Assembly: GCA_047967505.1 (NCBI GenBank)
Contig: CM106538.1
Source: Dipteris shenzhenensis
Taxonomy: Eukaryota
Length of the DNA stretch: 64,000 bases
Direction: 5' to 3' (one strand)
Positions within the stretch are counted from its first letter, which is position 1, and every line of letters begins with the position of its first letter. The notes below the pieces were generated by a model that ran no database searches, was not told the origin of the DNA, and worked only from the letters and a program-made list of their open reading frames with translations. The position numbers and the translations under genes were made by a program. Shown piece after piece: positions 12,830 through 25,500 of the stretch.

Positions 12830-13980
12830 GGTCAGACACACATATCTCCTCTTTTTCAAGCATGTATGGTACACAAATGCCGAAAAATTATGCAAAAGTA
12901 CTCTTATACCATACCTTCATGTTTTTAGTGGACATGAAACTTTGAAAAGACCTATAATCTCAAAATTTTAGAAGGATGAGGCATTACTTATATGGGGGAC
13001 ATAAGCATTCCATGCATGGTGCATAATTGCCAAAAACTTGTGCATCGGTATGCTTACATCATATCTTTGGTCACAAAACTTTGTAAAGACCTTGAAATAA
13101 TATAGACCCTTATACTCATGGAGTTTCATAAGCATCAAACTCGACTTGTAAGGTGAGACATGTACGTTTCTTCATTTTCAATTATGCATGGTTACACAAA
13201 CCACCAAAAACGTTGGGCATCAGTATGCTTATATAATACCTTTATGTGTCCAATCGCCATAAAGATTTGAAAGTCATTTATATTGGTAATTTTCTTATAA
13301 TCACAAAGTTCTTATAAAGATCTAACATCATTTGTATGATGGGACATGCACATTTGTTCATTTTTACCATGCAGGGCACATAGTTCCCAAAAGATTGTGC
13401 ATTGGTATGCTTGTATACCATACCTTTGTGTCCAATGGTCTGGAAAAATTGAACGTAAAGTATATCCTTCTGCTCACAGAGTTTCATGAGCATTGGACAT
13501 GATCTGTATAGACATGCATATTTTCTTAATTTCAACCAAGCGCGATATATAACTACCAAATAATTGTGCATTGATATTGGTATGCTTATACCATACCAAT
13601 TTGTGTTCAATGTTCATGAAACTTTGTGAAGTTCTCAAATGAGATATTCCCTTATATTCGTAGAGTTTCAAAAGCATCCGACGTAATTTGTATGGTGACC
13701 ATGTTTATTTGCTCATTTACAACAATTTATGGTACATAACTACCAAAAAATTATGCATCCATGTTCTTATATCGCAAGTTGTCATAAGAATTGATAATCA
13801 CTTATATGTAGGACATGTAAAAATCCTCATTTTTTACTATGCTTGGTGCGCAATTGCAAAAGAATTGTGTATTGATATGCTTATAACATACCTCTATGCA
13901 TTCCATGGTCATGAAAATTTCCATGTACCTTAAGAGGAAATAGGCCCTTAAATTTCAAAGTTTCATAAGGCTTATACTAT
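12830..13980. repeat. Diverged tandem array, about 7 units, mostly 160-190 bp (one shorter)
   Basis: Recurring catg(c)atgg.(a/g)cata....ccaaaaa.ttgtgcat.ggtatgcttata.cata.ct...catgaaactttg near 12850, 13010, 13180, 13365, 13535, 13725, 13835. Confidence 0.75.
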
Positions 13981-14589
13981 TAACAATAGTTTGCTACATT
14001 AACTATCAAATGTATTGAGAGTGCACGGTTGTACTAAACGGTCGGTCACAAGTCAAGCTGAGTACGAAAATAGACGACATAGGAACTCATGAATAGACAA
14101 ACAGGAAGAACTAAAAGAACAAAAATAAAACCGGAAATGGCAGACGTATATTGAAAAAATGCAAAGATCATTCTGTAAATACTATCTTGGGGAAGGTGAA
14201 ACCTGCTGAGGAGGATATCTAGGAGCTGAAGGAGGTGGAGAATACCTTGGAGATGCTGAAGCTGAGGGGTAAAAGTCTCTCCAAAGATGGACAACAAAAT
14301 CGTGGGAATATCGAGTTCTAGGTATCTGCTTGTCTCGTGAAACACAACCTGGACTATGCTAAGGAAGTAGTGAAGTTGAGGTGCCTCATGCAAAAGATAG
14401 GCTACAAAAGGAAGACAATCATCCTACTTGGACTCAGAGGCAAATAGGCCCCCCAACGATAGAAAAGACACTATTAATTAATTTCTTTGTGGCAAAGGGG
14501 GGAGGGGATGGATTTAGCTTGCTGATTAACACCACAGAGTTCTCTACTCAAATGTCCTGGACAATTGAGCTGCGGAAATGTTTAGATTA

Positions 14590-17500
14590 CAAAAAAAGGA
14601 TAAATCAGGTAACCTTTACAATAGGGTGATCTGCCCTTTAAGAATATGTTTTGGCCAGTGATGATGTCGTGTCGTGTGATGATGCCGGGGGTTCAAACTA
14701 ACTAGCGTTCAAGCTCTACTGACATCTAAGTGCTTGGGTCGGCAAGTACATACCTACCTAGCCAAAACGATGATGGTATGGCCATAAAGGCATCTCAGAT
14801 GTAACACTTTGGACCTGACATGCCTTTAAGACTTTGACACATGGTGGAGGGATAAAAATTCGCAAACTTGTACAAGGATTGATGAGAAGTCAGATGCCTT
14901 AAAGTGATGTACAAAAACTATTCGAAGATATACATAAGTTTAGGACCAAATACCGAGGTGAGAACCCATAATGACTCCAACAATGCTAACTAAAGGAGTC
15001 ATAAATGACTCGAACAATGCTACCCTTCCATTGAGGATCACGGACAATAGCAACCAATTGATAAGGAGGTCAGTGGAATCTGTGAACTGAGTGTATATGA
15101 GTTAATCATCATCACACCACATGTGGGAACTTCTAGACGAACAGTTGAACGCATTGCTGTAAGTTCTAATCGCCCACCACATGTAGGGGATTCTAGGTGG
15201 GTTGGTGAATGCTTGCTATGAGTTGGACCCATTTCCTCCACAAAAGTTGGAAAACCACTTGTGGAGGTAATGATGGAGAACGTGCTAACTATGGCAAAAA
15301 AGAAAGTCCGCCATCTGATTTTGTGAAGACCTTCGTTGGAAGCCAAAACTTGCGACCGCATGCAAGGGATTTTACATCCCCACTATGCATGGGGAGAAAG
15401 CCATGCTCAGAAAGTTCCTTGACTATGATGACATGGACCATCATATGTGGACCAAACTTGCTTCTCTTAGATGAAGGTAGAAATATAAACATGTTACCTA
15501 CTGCAAGGTTCACCAGGGACTTGTGTGCAACACCTTGTATCACTTCACTCCTCATGACCTCCGTGCCATCATCATCGGGGTTAGGGCAACAAGTATAGAT
15601 AGGTAGGTGGGTAAAATGGGCAATGGTATGGGTAGGAGGTGTGGAAGAGTGGTGCAGTTGTGTGTAGAGGAATATATGAGGTTAGAAAGGCCTGGATAAC
15701 ATAGAGGTTGTGGGAGACGAACCTAGGCAACCATCTACGCTAGGCACTGAATGCCTAGACATGCGTCCTCAAGAACCTGATCTCAGAACACCTGTCTATG
15801 TTAGGCCTCTGCCAAGTCCATCCTGAGGGCATTATGATTCCAATTCAGCCCTTGGTTGCCCATCCGCAAGTCCTCAATCTCAGTGCATATCTTGGCTTTC
15901 TCCTCTGTCAACTACAAGACTTGATTCATGGTGGATGGTTCCGACCTCACCCTTGGGCTTGAGGCATCAGAGGCATCAAAGCGGCCATTGCTCGAGTCAA
16001 AGGTGGGATGGAGGGTGGCAATCTTGGATAGACAAGCCATCGGAGTCTTAGGGTCGGGGTGTCCTAGAGCCAAGTCTCTGCATGTCTTCCAATTGGCATG
16101 CATCGCATTGAGCTGCTGCTTCAGGCTTTCAATTTCCAAAGCGGTAGTCCACCTCCTATTTGTCCCATTCCTTGCTCTCCTCCTTGAGATGTAGCTTCTC
16201 CATCCGCAGCTCCTCCTTGAAGGGCGGCTGTTTGGTTGCCAGCACACTCTGTACTACCCACTGTGGCCTCTTTATAAACCGCTTTGCCCTGTGTGGGCAT
16301 ACCAATTATCTCTGCAAGTTTGGCCGAGGGGAAAGTGGCACTACACTAGTTGCATCGTTGTCTTGCCTCGGCTTATTGTTCTAGAGCACCTGCATTGACT
16401 TGCACCCTGGCTAGAGGATCAAGCGCAACTGCTCGATGGGCTATGTGCTCACTATACATAATGCATGTTAGGTCTGTAAGCCCCTCTAGGTTTAGGTTGG
16501 ATATCTAGGTTGGTGGTTTCTTTGGGTTGTGCTTAGAGACCAGTACCCGGGTTTTGAGACTTTATGTTTTGATTCTTGAGGTTTTCAAGCATCCAGAGAT
16601 GCCTTGTGCTGGTGTCTTGCTATTCATTATGGAGAGCGGTGCCCTCTATGCTGAGGTGCTTGATCCGCTCCTCCATCTACTCCCTTTGTTCTATGGCCTC
16701 CCACATCATGTCATCTAGGGTAGAGCTTGGCACCCTGGTGTCAAAGCTGCTCCATTTTTAATGGTCATCTACCTCTGAGAATTGGGAAAAATACTAGGCA
16801 CACCTCTAGGCTACCAATCAATTTGTGGTGGGGTAGCTGAGACATCTGAGGGGGGTCGAGGGGGAACACAATCAAGAGCATCACTGCCAAAGAGGACTGC
16901 AACTCCATCTCTAACTTCTACTTCATGGAGGGGATTGGGGTGTCCAACACCGCCTCTTGCTTGAGGAAATCAATGGGCTTAATGCCGAACATAGCCGAGG
17001 CCACAAATGACTAGGCAACGGTCGTACGAAGGGACGAGGAAAACACTGGTATGGAAGACAAATAGGAGAAAAATGGAGACAACATAAGCATAGTGGTTAG
17101 GAGGGACAAGTAATGTAAGGACACACTGGTGTGTGGAACTTTAGTCACCTACAGAAAATCCAAAATGGAATCAGAGAATGGAAGCATAAGGGGCCAGAGG
17201 CAGAGAATAGTAGGGAAATTGACATTATGGGATCCAAATTCTCCCTTGTGACTCGGTCAAATTGGTCATTTCGGTCGATGCTAAGTTATTAGACTCCTCA
17301 AACAACATTGGCCGGGGAATCCTCTTCTTGATCTTGAGGCTTCTACCCTTCTTCTTCATGAGGACGGATGATCTAGCTCCCACAGTCTCCTTCAAGCCTG
17401 TTGCCACCGCCGATAGCTTTGTCGGGGTTCAGAGTCATTATTGAGGGGGAGGCACAATCCCCTAGAATGCAAAATAGCAGTGAGGAAATGCTCTCCACTC

Positions 17501-17960
17501 GGGAGTGCGAGTTCTCGTTGTTGTGCACCCTCTTGATCTCATGGCAAAGTCATATGAGGAGGACGGGCACATATGCCAAATTTTTCCTTTGCCTACTTGA
17601 AGAAGCCATCTTGTTGTCACTGCCATAGCCAAAATATTTAGTGTCTTGCTCTACATCCAAATAAGCTCCAAGAAGAAGTGGTAGCAGGAGATGAAGGTCT
17701 TGGGCACCAAGTTGCTAAACAAAAACTCCCTAGCTTGCGTTTTGCCGAGAAATACCTCCATTTTTACAGTTAAAGCAAGCTAAAGCCCCTTCTTCCCTTC
17801 CATGTAGAGGTGTAGCTGAGTACTCACGAGCTCCTCAAAAAGCATGTTCTCACCATCGACCACCCAAATCACATCGTTGGGATGAGCCAATTGGGTCACG
17901 ATGCTATCAACCTTAGGGTGCATGGGAATAGTGCCCTAGGGGACGGCATTTGCGGCATGC
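14590..17960 (-). pseudogene. Decayed TE-derived coding sequence of unassigned family
   Basis: Protein-like minus-strand frames with scattered stops (MHPKVDSIVTQLAHPNDVIWVVDGENMLFEELV... at 17920-17600; coiled-coil-like EIESLKQQLNAMH at about 16100); no diagnostic domain recognised. Confidence 0.35.
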
Positions 17961-18585
17961 CTTAAGCAACTAGGATTTGATTTGTGGGCTCGGTGTTGAA
18001 GGCCATAAGCCATTAGAGGAGATTTGGCATTAAAAAGGGCCCCATAATGAATGGATTAGGAAAATGAATTAAGGACTAAGCAAGCCTAGGATGGGTTCCA
18101 AGGCTCGTACAAAGTGTACTTCCCTAGGCATAGGGGTGCGTCATTGTCTCCCAAAAAGTGCAAGTTCACATTTCCCAAGAGACGCCTCTCTTAAGTCTCT
18201 CTTGGAGGGTCCCCATCCCAAAAAGTGTCCCGCTTATGCCATGTCACCCAAAATTTGATTTTTTTTGGAAAAAAGTCAAAACAACTTGGAAACCCTCCCA
18301 AACGTTTTCCACACCCATACCTATTGACCAAAACCACTTTTCAACCCCCAAATCCATTTTTCTCTAACCTTATGCTTGACATCATCCCTAAACTCCATAC
18401 TTATTGACCTAAACCAATTTTCATCCACCAAATTGAGTAGAAACCGTCCCACATATCCATTTAACAAACACAACCTTCATCCCTAAATGAATCTTCATCC
18501 CCATATCTAGTCACCCAAACTATCTTAATTCCCAAATCCATTTTCCCCTAACCTTGTTGGTATTTTGTAAATTTCATATCATATC

Positions 18586-21500
18586 ATGGCTCCATTGCAA
18601 GATATCACTAGCAAATGCAACCTACACATTGAGGTTGCACTCGAGTATGCCACAACTCCTCAGTTCAATGGCAACAATAGCATGGATATGGAGACATTGA
18701 GCCAGCCTATGGGAGGCAAGCACATTGACCTTTGGAGTAATGGTGTACTCTATCTAGTGGATCCTATTACTTGTGTGCCTCCCACATTTCATAATTTGTC
18801 AAGTTTGATTCAATATGTTGGAGATGATCATCAAGGTTTGCTTGGTTATTGCAAACACATTAGTGGAAAGGATGTCCGAGCCCAGTTCTCAAGATTGGAA
18901 CTACCTCTGTTGCAAGAGACATATGAAAAGCTTCAAGGTACTCACAACAAAAGGTAGTAGAGCAGGAATTGTTTTGTACATCTCTTTGAACACAGCTTTC
19001 AAACACTCAAAATGACATCTAGAAGCATATAACTAGCAAGCAAAAGGCAGAACAAATGGTTCAACTTTTATAAAATGACAACCATGACTTTTTAAAGGAA
19101 GTAGAGTTGCAGAGGCAACAAATTTGGGGCATTGAATTCAAAGATTCACAAATTTATGAACATGCCTCGTGTAATGGAGTGCTTAGTGGCTAAATGGTGG
19201 TGCAAGGAAGCATAGAATGCAAGCCACATGGTTTGTATTATGTTTCTTTTTTTCATTGTATTTGTTGAATGTACTTTCAGTTTTTTGCTTTGTTTCTTTG
19301 CATTAGGTTGAATTTGTGTTCTTAAAGTATTTTGTAGGAACTTTATTAATGATGTTGTTGGAAAGAACACTTGTGACAAGCTTTATGCTATGAAGGGTGC
19401 CATAAAAAATAAGGAATTCATTTCTATTCTTCAATATCCAAGATGACGTGCATTGCGCCTTGGAGTATTGCAAGAGGTGGTCCATGATTTGGACAACATA
19501 GTCGACCCATCTGAAGTGGTGCATGCCTGTGATGCTGCTGGAATTAGCAAGCAAGGATACCTAGCCATTTATAATATTTTTTGTAATGCACTTCATTGCC
19601 ATGGTATAAAGAATCCAATGTTGCTGAGACCTCAATATATGATGAAAGAAATAAAAATGTCTAATTCTATTGTGCAAGATATCCTATGTGTATTTTTTCA
19701 CATTTCAGACACACTGGTGTTGGACAATGATCAAGCTGCCAAGAAAACAGTACGATAAAAAAAAATCTCAAAAAATTTATGTGCATTTCAATACACTGAG
19801 TACAACAATGTGTCCTTAGATGTACGCAAGGTGCAAGTTGCAATGGTCCAGTTCTACAACACAAAGGCAAGAGGTGAATGTAATAGTTTGGATCTTCATT
19901 TCATGTTTCCTTCAAAGCATCATGCTAATGACAACCCATGCATAGGCTTGATGGCTTTACTATCATAATTTTGTAGATTGCAATGGAAAACTATTTTTTG
20001 TTATCAAGTTGGATGTGTGTGAAGTAGTGAAAGGACACAGGTTAGAGCAAGTCAGCATTACACTAATGAACAAGGCTTTAAAACATGCACAAGATAGCCA
20101 AGTTATTGAAGATTTTTTAGTGTGGAATCAAAAAATCATATTTGGTGGCTTGCAATGTTTGAAGTCCCTAAAGAGACCCACTAATGAACAAGGCTTTACA
20201 ACATGCACAAGATAGCCAAGTTATTGAAAATTTTTTAGTGTGCAATCAGAAAAGCATATTTGGTGGCTTGTTGCATTTGAAGTCCCTAAACAGACCCACT
20301 CTTACTTGAAGTGGGTCTTTGAACGGTCTTCAATACCAAGCATTATATATGCTCAAACCAAGGGCGAGTTGCTTCATGTTGAAGGGTTTGGACCTTTCAA
20401 GATTGACTGGCATATGTTTGGAGACTTGAAACATTGAAGTGCATGTTCAGAGTCTAGACAGGTGCAAATGCAACATACCCATGTCTCTTTTGCATGCACT
20501 CACAAGTTGGAAAGAACATAGAAAATAGTAAAAACAACGTAGATGATAGCAACAAGTACCAATGGAGCAACGGTGTTATGAGTTGTGATCAAGAAAGTGC
20601 ACCAGCTCGAGACAAAATTGATGAAAGTTGGGATGTAATTTTAAACATCCCACTAGAAAGAGTGCATTTTCATGTCTTGCATGCAAAGATGTGCTTGATT
20701 AATAAGTTGCTATGCTTACATATAGTGTGTGTATGGAATATGAAACATGAAGAAAGAGCTATAGCTTCTATTGCAGAGCTCTCTTTTGTCTAGCATGGGA
20801 TTGCATGGAGTCAACATCACACTTCAAAAAGATGCATAACTCTCAGGTGCTTCAGGGAATCTTCCATGTAAAGTGTGGTGCAAAGGCACAAAGATTTTAT
20901 CTAATCATGGTAAGAATCAACATGGCATAGCTTGGGGTTTTTGGAAGGCATTGTGTGAGTGCACCACAAATCTAGAAGCTAATCCTAATGTCAAAAATAT
21001 GAGAGCACCTATTTGGAGAGCACTCGACAAGCTAGCAAAATTTTTATAACAACCTCCCATGACTGAAAATGATGTGCAATTGTTCAAGGATGCCATCACC
21101 GAGTTTACTCAAGCCATAGTGGATGGATGGGTGAAACACACAACCCACCTATTAAATTTAGTGCATGTAATTTTTTTGGGTTTCCTCTTGAACTCAATTG
21201 TTTACATGTTGGGTGCAGCACATTCTTTATGCTCACAGTCCATGGTTTATTAAAAAGTATGGTTCTTTGAATATTTGGAGTGTGCAAGGAGTGAAAAAGT
21301 CGCATTATAGAGCACAAGGTGCATATTTTAAGAACACACATCATGGGGGTGGGATGGCTCAAAGCAATGCTCTCGACCATGAAATGTGCGAATGGTTTTA
21401 TCATGGAATTCTTGGTTCTTTTTACAAAAGGGAGAAATCTTTGCAAACTCAATTAGGTCAAGCCATCCATGAAGCAAATAAAAGTAAGAGACAAGAGTCT

Positions 21501-21596
21501 TGGAACAAGTCACGTGCCATGCAAATAGTCAACATATGGGTGTCCAAAAGAGTTCGTTGTGGAAGATGGTGGATTGAACCACCCTGCTCTTTGTAG
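18586..21596 (+). pseudogene. Decayed RAG1/Transib-like (CMC-group) DDE transposase with introns
   Basis: KLFFVIKLD (D at 20012); WHMFGDLK (D at 20423); after a frameshift GANATYPCLFC (20461-20493); VLHAKM (about 20674); HILYAHSPWFIKKYGSLNIWSVQGV[K]KSH (21219-21305). Order and spacing match the RAG1 core. Confidence 0.7.
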
Positions 21597-23520
21597 ACCA
21601 TTTGGCCATTTGCAAATTAAGTTTGGAAACTTGTTGTTGAGGAGGGAATGCCGTAACTTGTTCACAGTATATATCATGACCAATGACTCTTTTTTCATGG
21701 TGTAATAGTTCTTTTGGACCTTAGACAACCTTTGATTGGCATAGTAGAGCAGTTGGTACCATCCCTTCATCTTTTGCTACATTATAACTATGCCAATAGC
21801 CACATCGGACACATCAGCAAATACATGGAATGGCAGTGTGTAGTCTGAGGGCTGGAAGAGTTTTAGATAGCATGAGCTTCAGATACTTAAATAAATGGTC
21901 ACACTTTGTAGTCTGACAAACGACACCTTATTAAGCAATGCATTGAGGGGTGCGGCCACATTTGTGAGGTGTCAGAGCATCCGACTATGCCAACAAACAT
22001 GGTCACATTGCTTGCCAATTGCTTGCCATTAATTGGACAGGTCACATTACAGATTTGGTTCATTTGGCTTGATCCATTGCTATCCTGTCCTCTTAAATGA
22101 TATGACCTAGGAGCATTTTTCTCAGAGCTATAAGTGCACATTTGAGGTTCTTGATAGTCAAAACTCTTGACACTTAGGTAGGTACAATGATAGTGAAGGT
22201 GCTGATGATCATGGCTTCCAAAGACACTAATGTCTTCCATAAATATTCTCATGAACAAAGTTAGGTACTCAATGAAGGTCTTCTAGACAATGCATTGAAA
22301 TGTCGTATGCCCGTTTTTCAAGCAAAAGGCCATGACAGTGGACACAAAAATCCCCCATTAAGCTAGGAAGGCTATCTTCTCCTAATCTTGCTCAACCATC
22401 CGGACTTGGTTATAGCCACTAAACCCATCTAGGAAGGAATGCATCTCATTGCTGACAACCACATCAAGCATAGGCCATGAAAGGTAATGAGAAGGGATCG
22501 GACATTGTGAGCCTACAATTGCCCGTATAGACTTGCAGCGTATTGTTCTTCTTTAGAACAATGAAAATGGGCAAAATTTCAAGTGGCCTTATCAATCGAG
22601 TACATGAACCCAACTTATAGCAGTTTGTCATGTTCCATGCTTGACCTTCCAGGCATAGTTCAGATTCATTCGATAATGCTATTGGTAGACCAGCTTTGCA
22701 TCATCTTTTAAAATGGTATAGTGCTACTAAAATGGTGATCAATGTCCTTCATCTCTATGTAGCTATAGGAAAATATGTATGCAATAGAGTGGAGTAGGGT
22801 CTATAGTTTCAATCAAAATTCATAGCAAAGTAGGTTCTATAGTTTGGACCAAAATTCTGGGCTGAGACAAGAGTCAACATGACAATTTGTGGGTTGGCAT
22901 CAATCCCAAGGTTGAGGGCAGACAAGTCATCTTCTTTGACCTACCAAGACCACAAAATATGGCATGAAAGTATTCCTCTACCTTGATAAGATTGTTGACA
23001 TTGAGATCAACTACTAAGCTCAATTCATGCAACATGCCAGAGTCAACCTCCATGAAATCACTAGCTTGTTGTGGCAATTGGTACTCTTCCATGATTGCAA
23101 CCACATCCACTTCAAATAGGTTGATAGGTTGGGGTTATTATTGGGATTCATCCGCTACCTCCTCATCCATCCCATCCTCTATATTGGGATTTATCCGCCT
23201 CCTCATCCATCCCATCCTCCGTATTCACACCTTTTGTGATGGGGCAGAACATGAATATGGACCCCTTGCTTTTATTAACTTAACTTTCTTCTTCCCCTTT
23301 TGGATGGTGCTCCGATCAAAGAGACAATCTTTCTTAACTCTTGCTTGCCAGAGCTAAGCTTCTTCCAATAGCATGGGGAAAGCACCGGCTATATCCTTCA
23401 TGTGTAGGACCACGATTGCAATCATGAACTTCAGGTTTGCACAACTATAATTGTAACCCCACCATAGATAAGGCCTTGGTTGTACCTACCATTGATCAAC
23501 CATTCTAACCCATGAGCAAA
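21597..23520 (-). mobile_element. Ty3/Gypsy pol fragment (protease end, RT, RNase H), degraded
   Basis: Minus-strand SFLDGFSGYNQVRM, FMRIFMEDISVFG (YxDD site), PFHVFADVSDVAIG, YYANQRLSKVQKNY. Confidence 0.85.
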
Positions 23521-24879
23521 GCTAGATTCTAGCTAGAGAATCCTAGCCTATGAAACATTACATCATAACTTTAGGTCCACAACTATAATTGTAACCCCAC
23601 CACAGATAAGGCCCATTGGTTGTACCTATCGATTCTAACCACAAATAGAGATGGCTTCTAGTTGGAAAATCCTAGCATAAGGCACATGACATTAGACATT
23701 ATGTTGACACCTGAGCTCCAATCAAGTAGTATGCCAGTATTAAGTAGCCATTCAATGTCACTGGGATCACCACAATATTCTCATCATAAATTGGTCCTTT
23801 CGGACCATCCGATTGAAAATCAGGCTATGGCACATATGGTCAGCCTCTGGAACCTATTGGCCTTGCATCACAAAAGAGTAGGCATTGTGCTAGTTGGAGA
23901 TGCATCCTTTGGGATTAGTGTAGTTAGCTCCTTCCAACTTAGAAACTTCTTTCATAGCAGTGACTAGAACAAGGTTGGCATGAGATCCAATACTTGTTGT
24001 ATTGACATGTTGATATGAAAATCCTTCAACGGAGAGAGACAGTGAGAAGCATCTTTCGAAGAATGAGGAAAGATTATGGAAGGAGAGAGACTCCCCCCAA
24101 CTTAGTTCCAGTTATCTATCCTATCTTTGATCAGATGCTAAGTGACATCTCTCTCTTTCATCCATGGCTTTTCTACGGGATCTCTAAACTACGAGATATC
24201 ATCTTCTCATCATGAGAAGGAGATTTGGAGACCACATTTTGACATAAGCCAAGAGATTGCCACTTTCATCCGATTCCCTCCTTTACTCAGTCCTAACGAT
24301 GAATCCAATGAGGAGAAGAGCTATGAGGAAAATGTAGTAGTGCTATTTAGCTGCCGCTAATCACTTTCGATGGACATCATAGAAGGCTTCAAGGCCGTCA
24401 TACGTGGGCATCATCTTGGAGTTTAAGGGAGGAATTTTTGCTCCTGCCTTCATGCGTGGCACTATTAGCTCTACCAGTGAGATGATTGAGGGAAAAAAGG
24501 AATTGCCTCACTGGCACAAGATGTACCCCTTGCTGATACCCACATTGAACCACAAGTGGAGGATCACCAGGAGCTACAGAAGATGGTGCTAGAAATGGAA
24601 AACAAACATCCTAGACCTCTCCACGCTCCCCTTGTAAAGAACATGATCAAAGCAAAAAAGAAGCATAGGTGTAGTAGGCGAGCAAGAACATAGCCATTCA
24701 CATAGGACAAGGAGAAGGAGCAGATGATGGTGTAGTAGATAGAGCCAGCTGTGGAGAAGGAGACTCCAAGAGAAGCATAGCTATAGGTGCCAGCACAGCA
24801 AGAAGCATTAGCTTAGGAACCATCAATCCACAAGCAGGTCCATGCCAACATCAATAAGAGAGCCCTCAGTCTAAAGATA

Positions 24880-25500
24880 GACCTAGGTCTACTTTATGCC
24901 AGTGTGGGTGGAACTCCTTGATCTCCCTTTTTCATTAGTCAATCAATCTCTCAATCCCTGTAGGAGTCTAGGTTAGGTAATTGGTGTTGAAAAAGAATAG
25001 TTTATTAACCCTAGAGGACATCCTCAACTCTATGTCAGGATGGATGTGGCTGAGGAGCTCCCTATGACACACTGGTGATGATTGTCAATAGAAATGGGAG
25101 CATTTTCATGGAGCAACCTTTAGTCTCCAAGAATTTACCAAATTCTTGATTCCTTTGTGGATTATCCTCCCACAATATCAAAAATTGCCCTTTAAAAAGT
25201 GTTAAAGCAAAGCCTCCTCAATAACCTCCTAAGCAACCATCCAAACCGAAGTGGTCTGCCAAAGAAAAACAAAAACCTCAGACACAAGAAGGTGTTTATG
25301 AGAACTTGAATAGTAATGTCCCAGCTAAAGGGACTAAAAAAGACAAGGAAAGAAAAATTCTCATGCTGAATGACAGAGTCACTTTTCCTTTGGCCACAAA
25401 CAATGATTTTGAGGCCTTGATAGAGCATGAAATTGAACAGTGGATGTAGGAGGTCAAGATGGAAGAGGATTACCTGAATGGTCTAAGGACTCCACATCAC
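24880..25500 (+). mobile_element. L1-type LINE ORF1 fragment
   Basis: WVELL..., EQPLVSKNLPNS followed by a degenerate zinc knuckle FLCGLSSHNIKNCP (about 25148-25192) and a basic tail. Confidence 0.55.
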
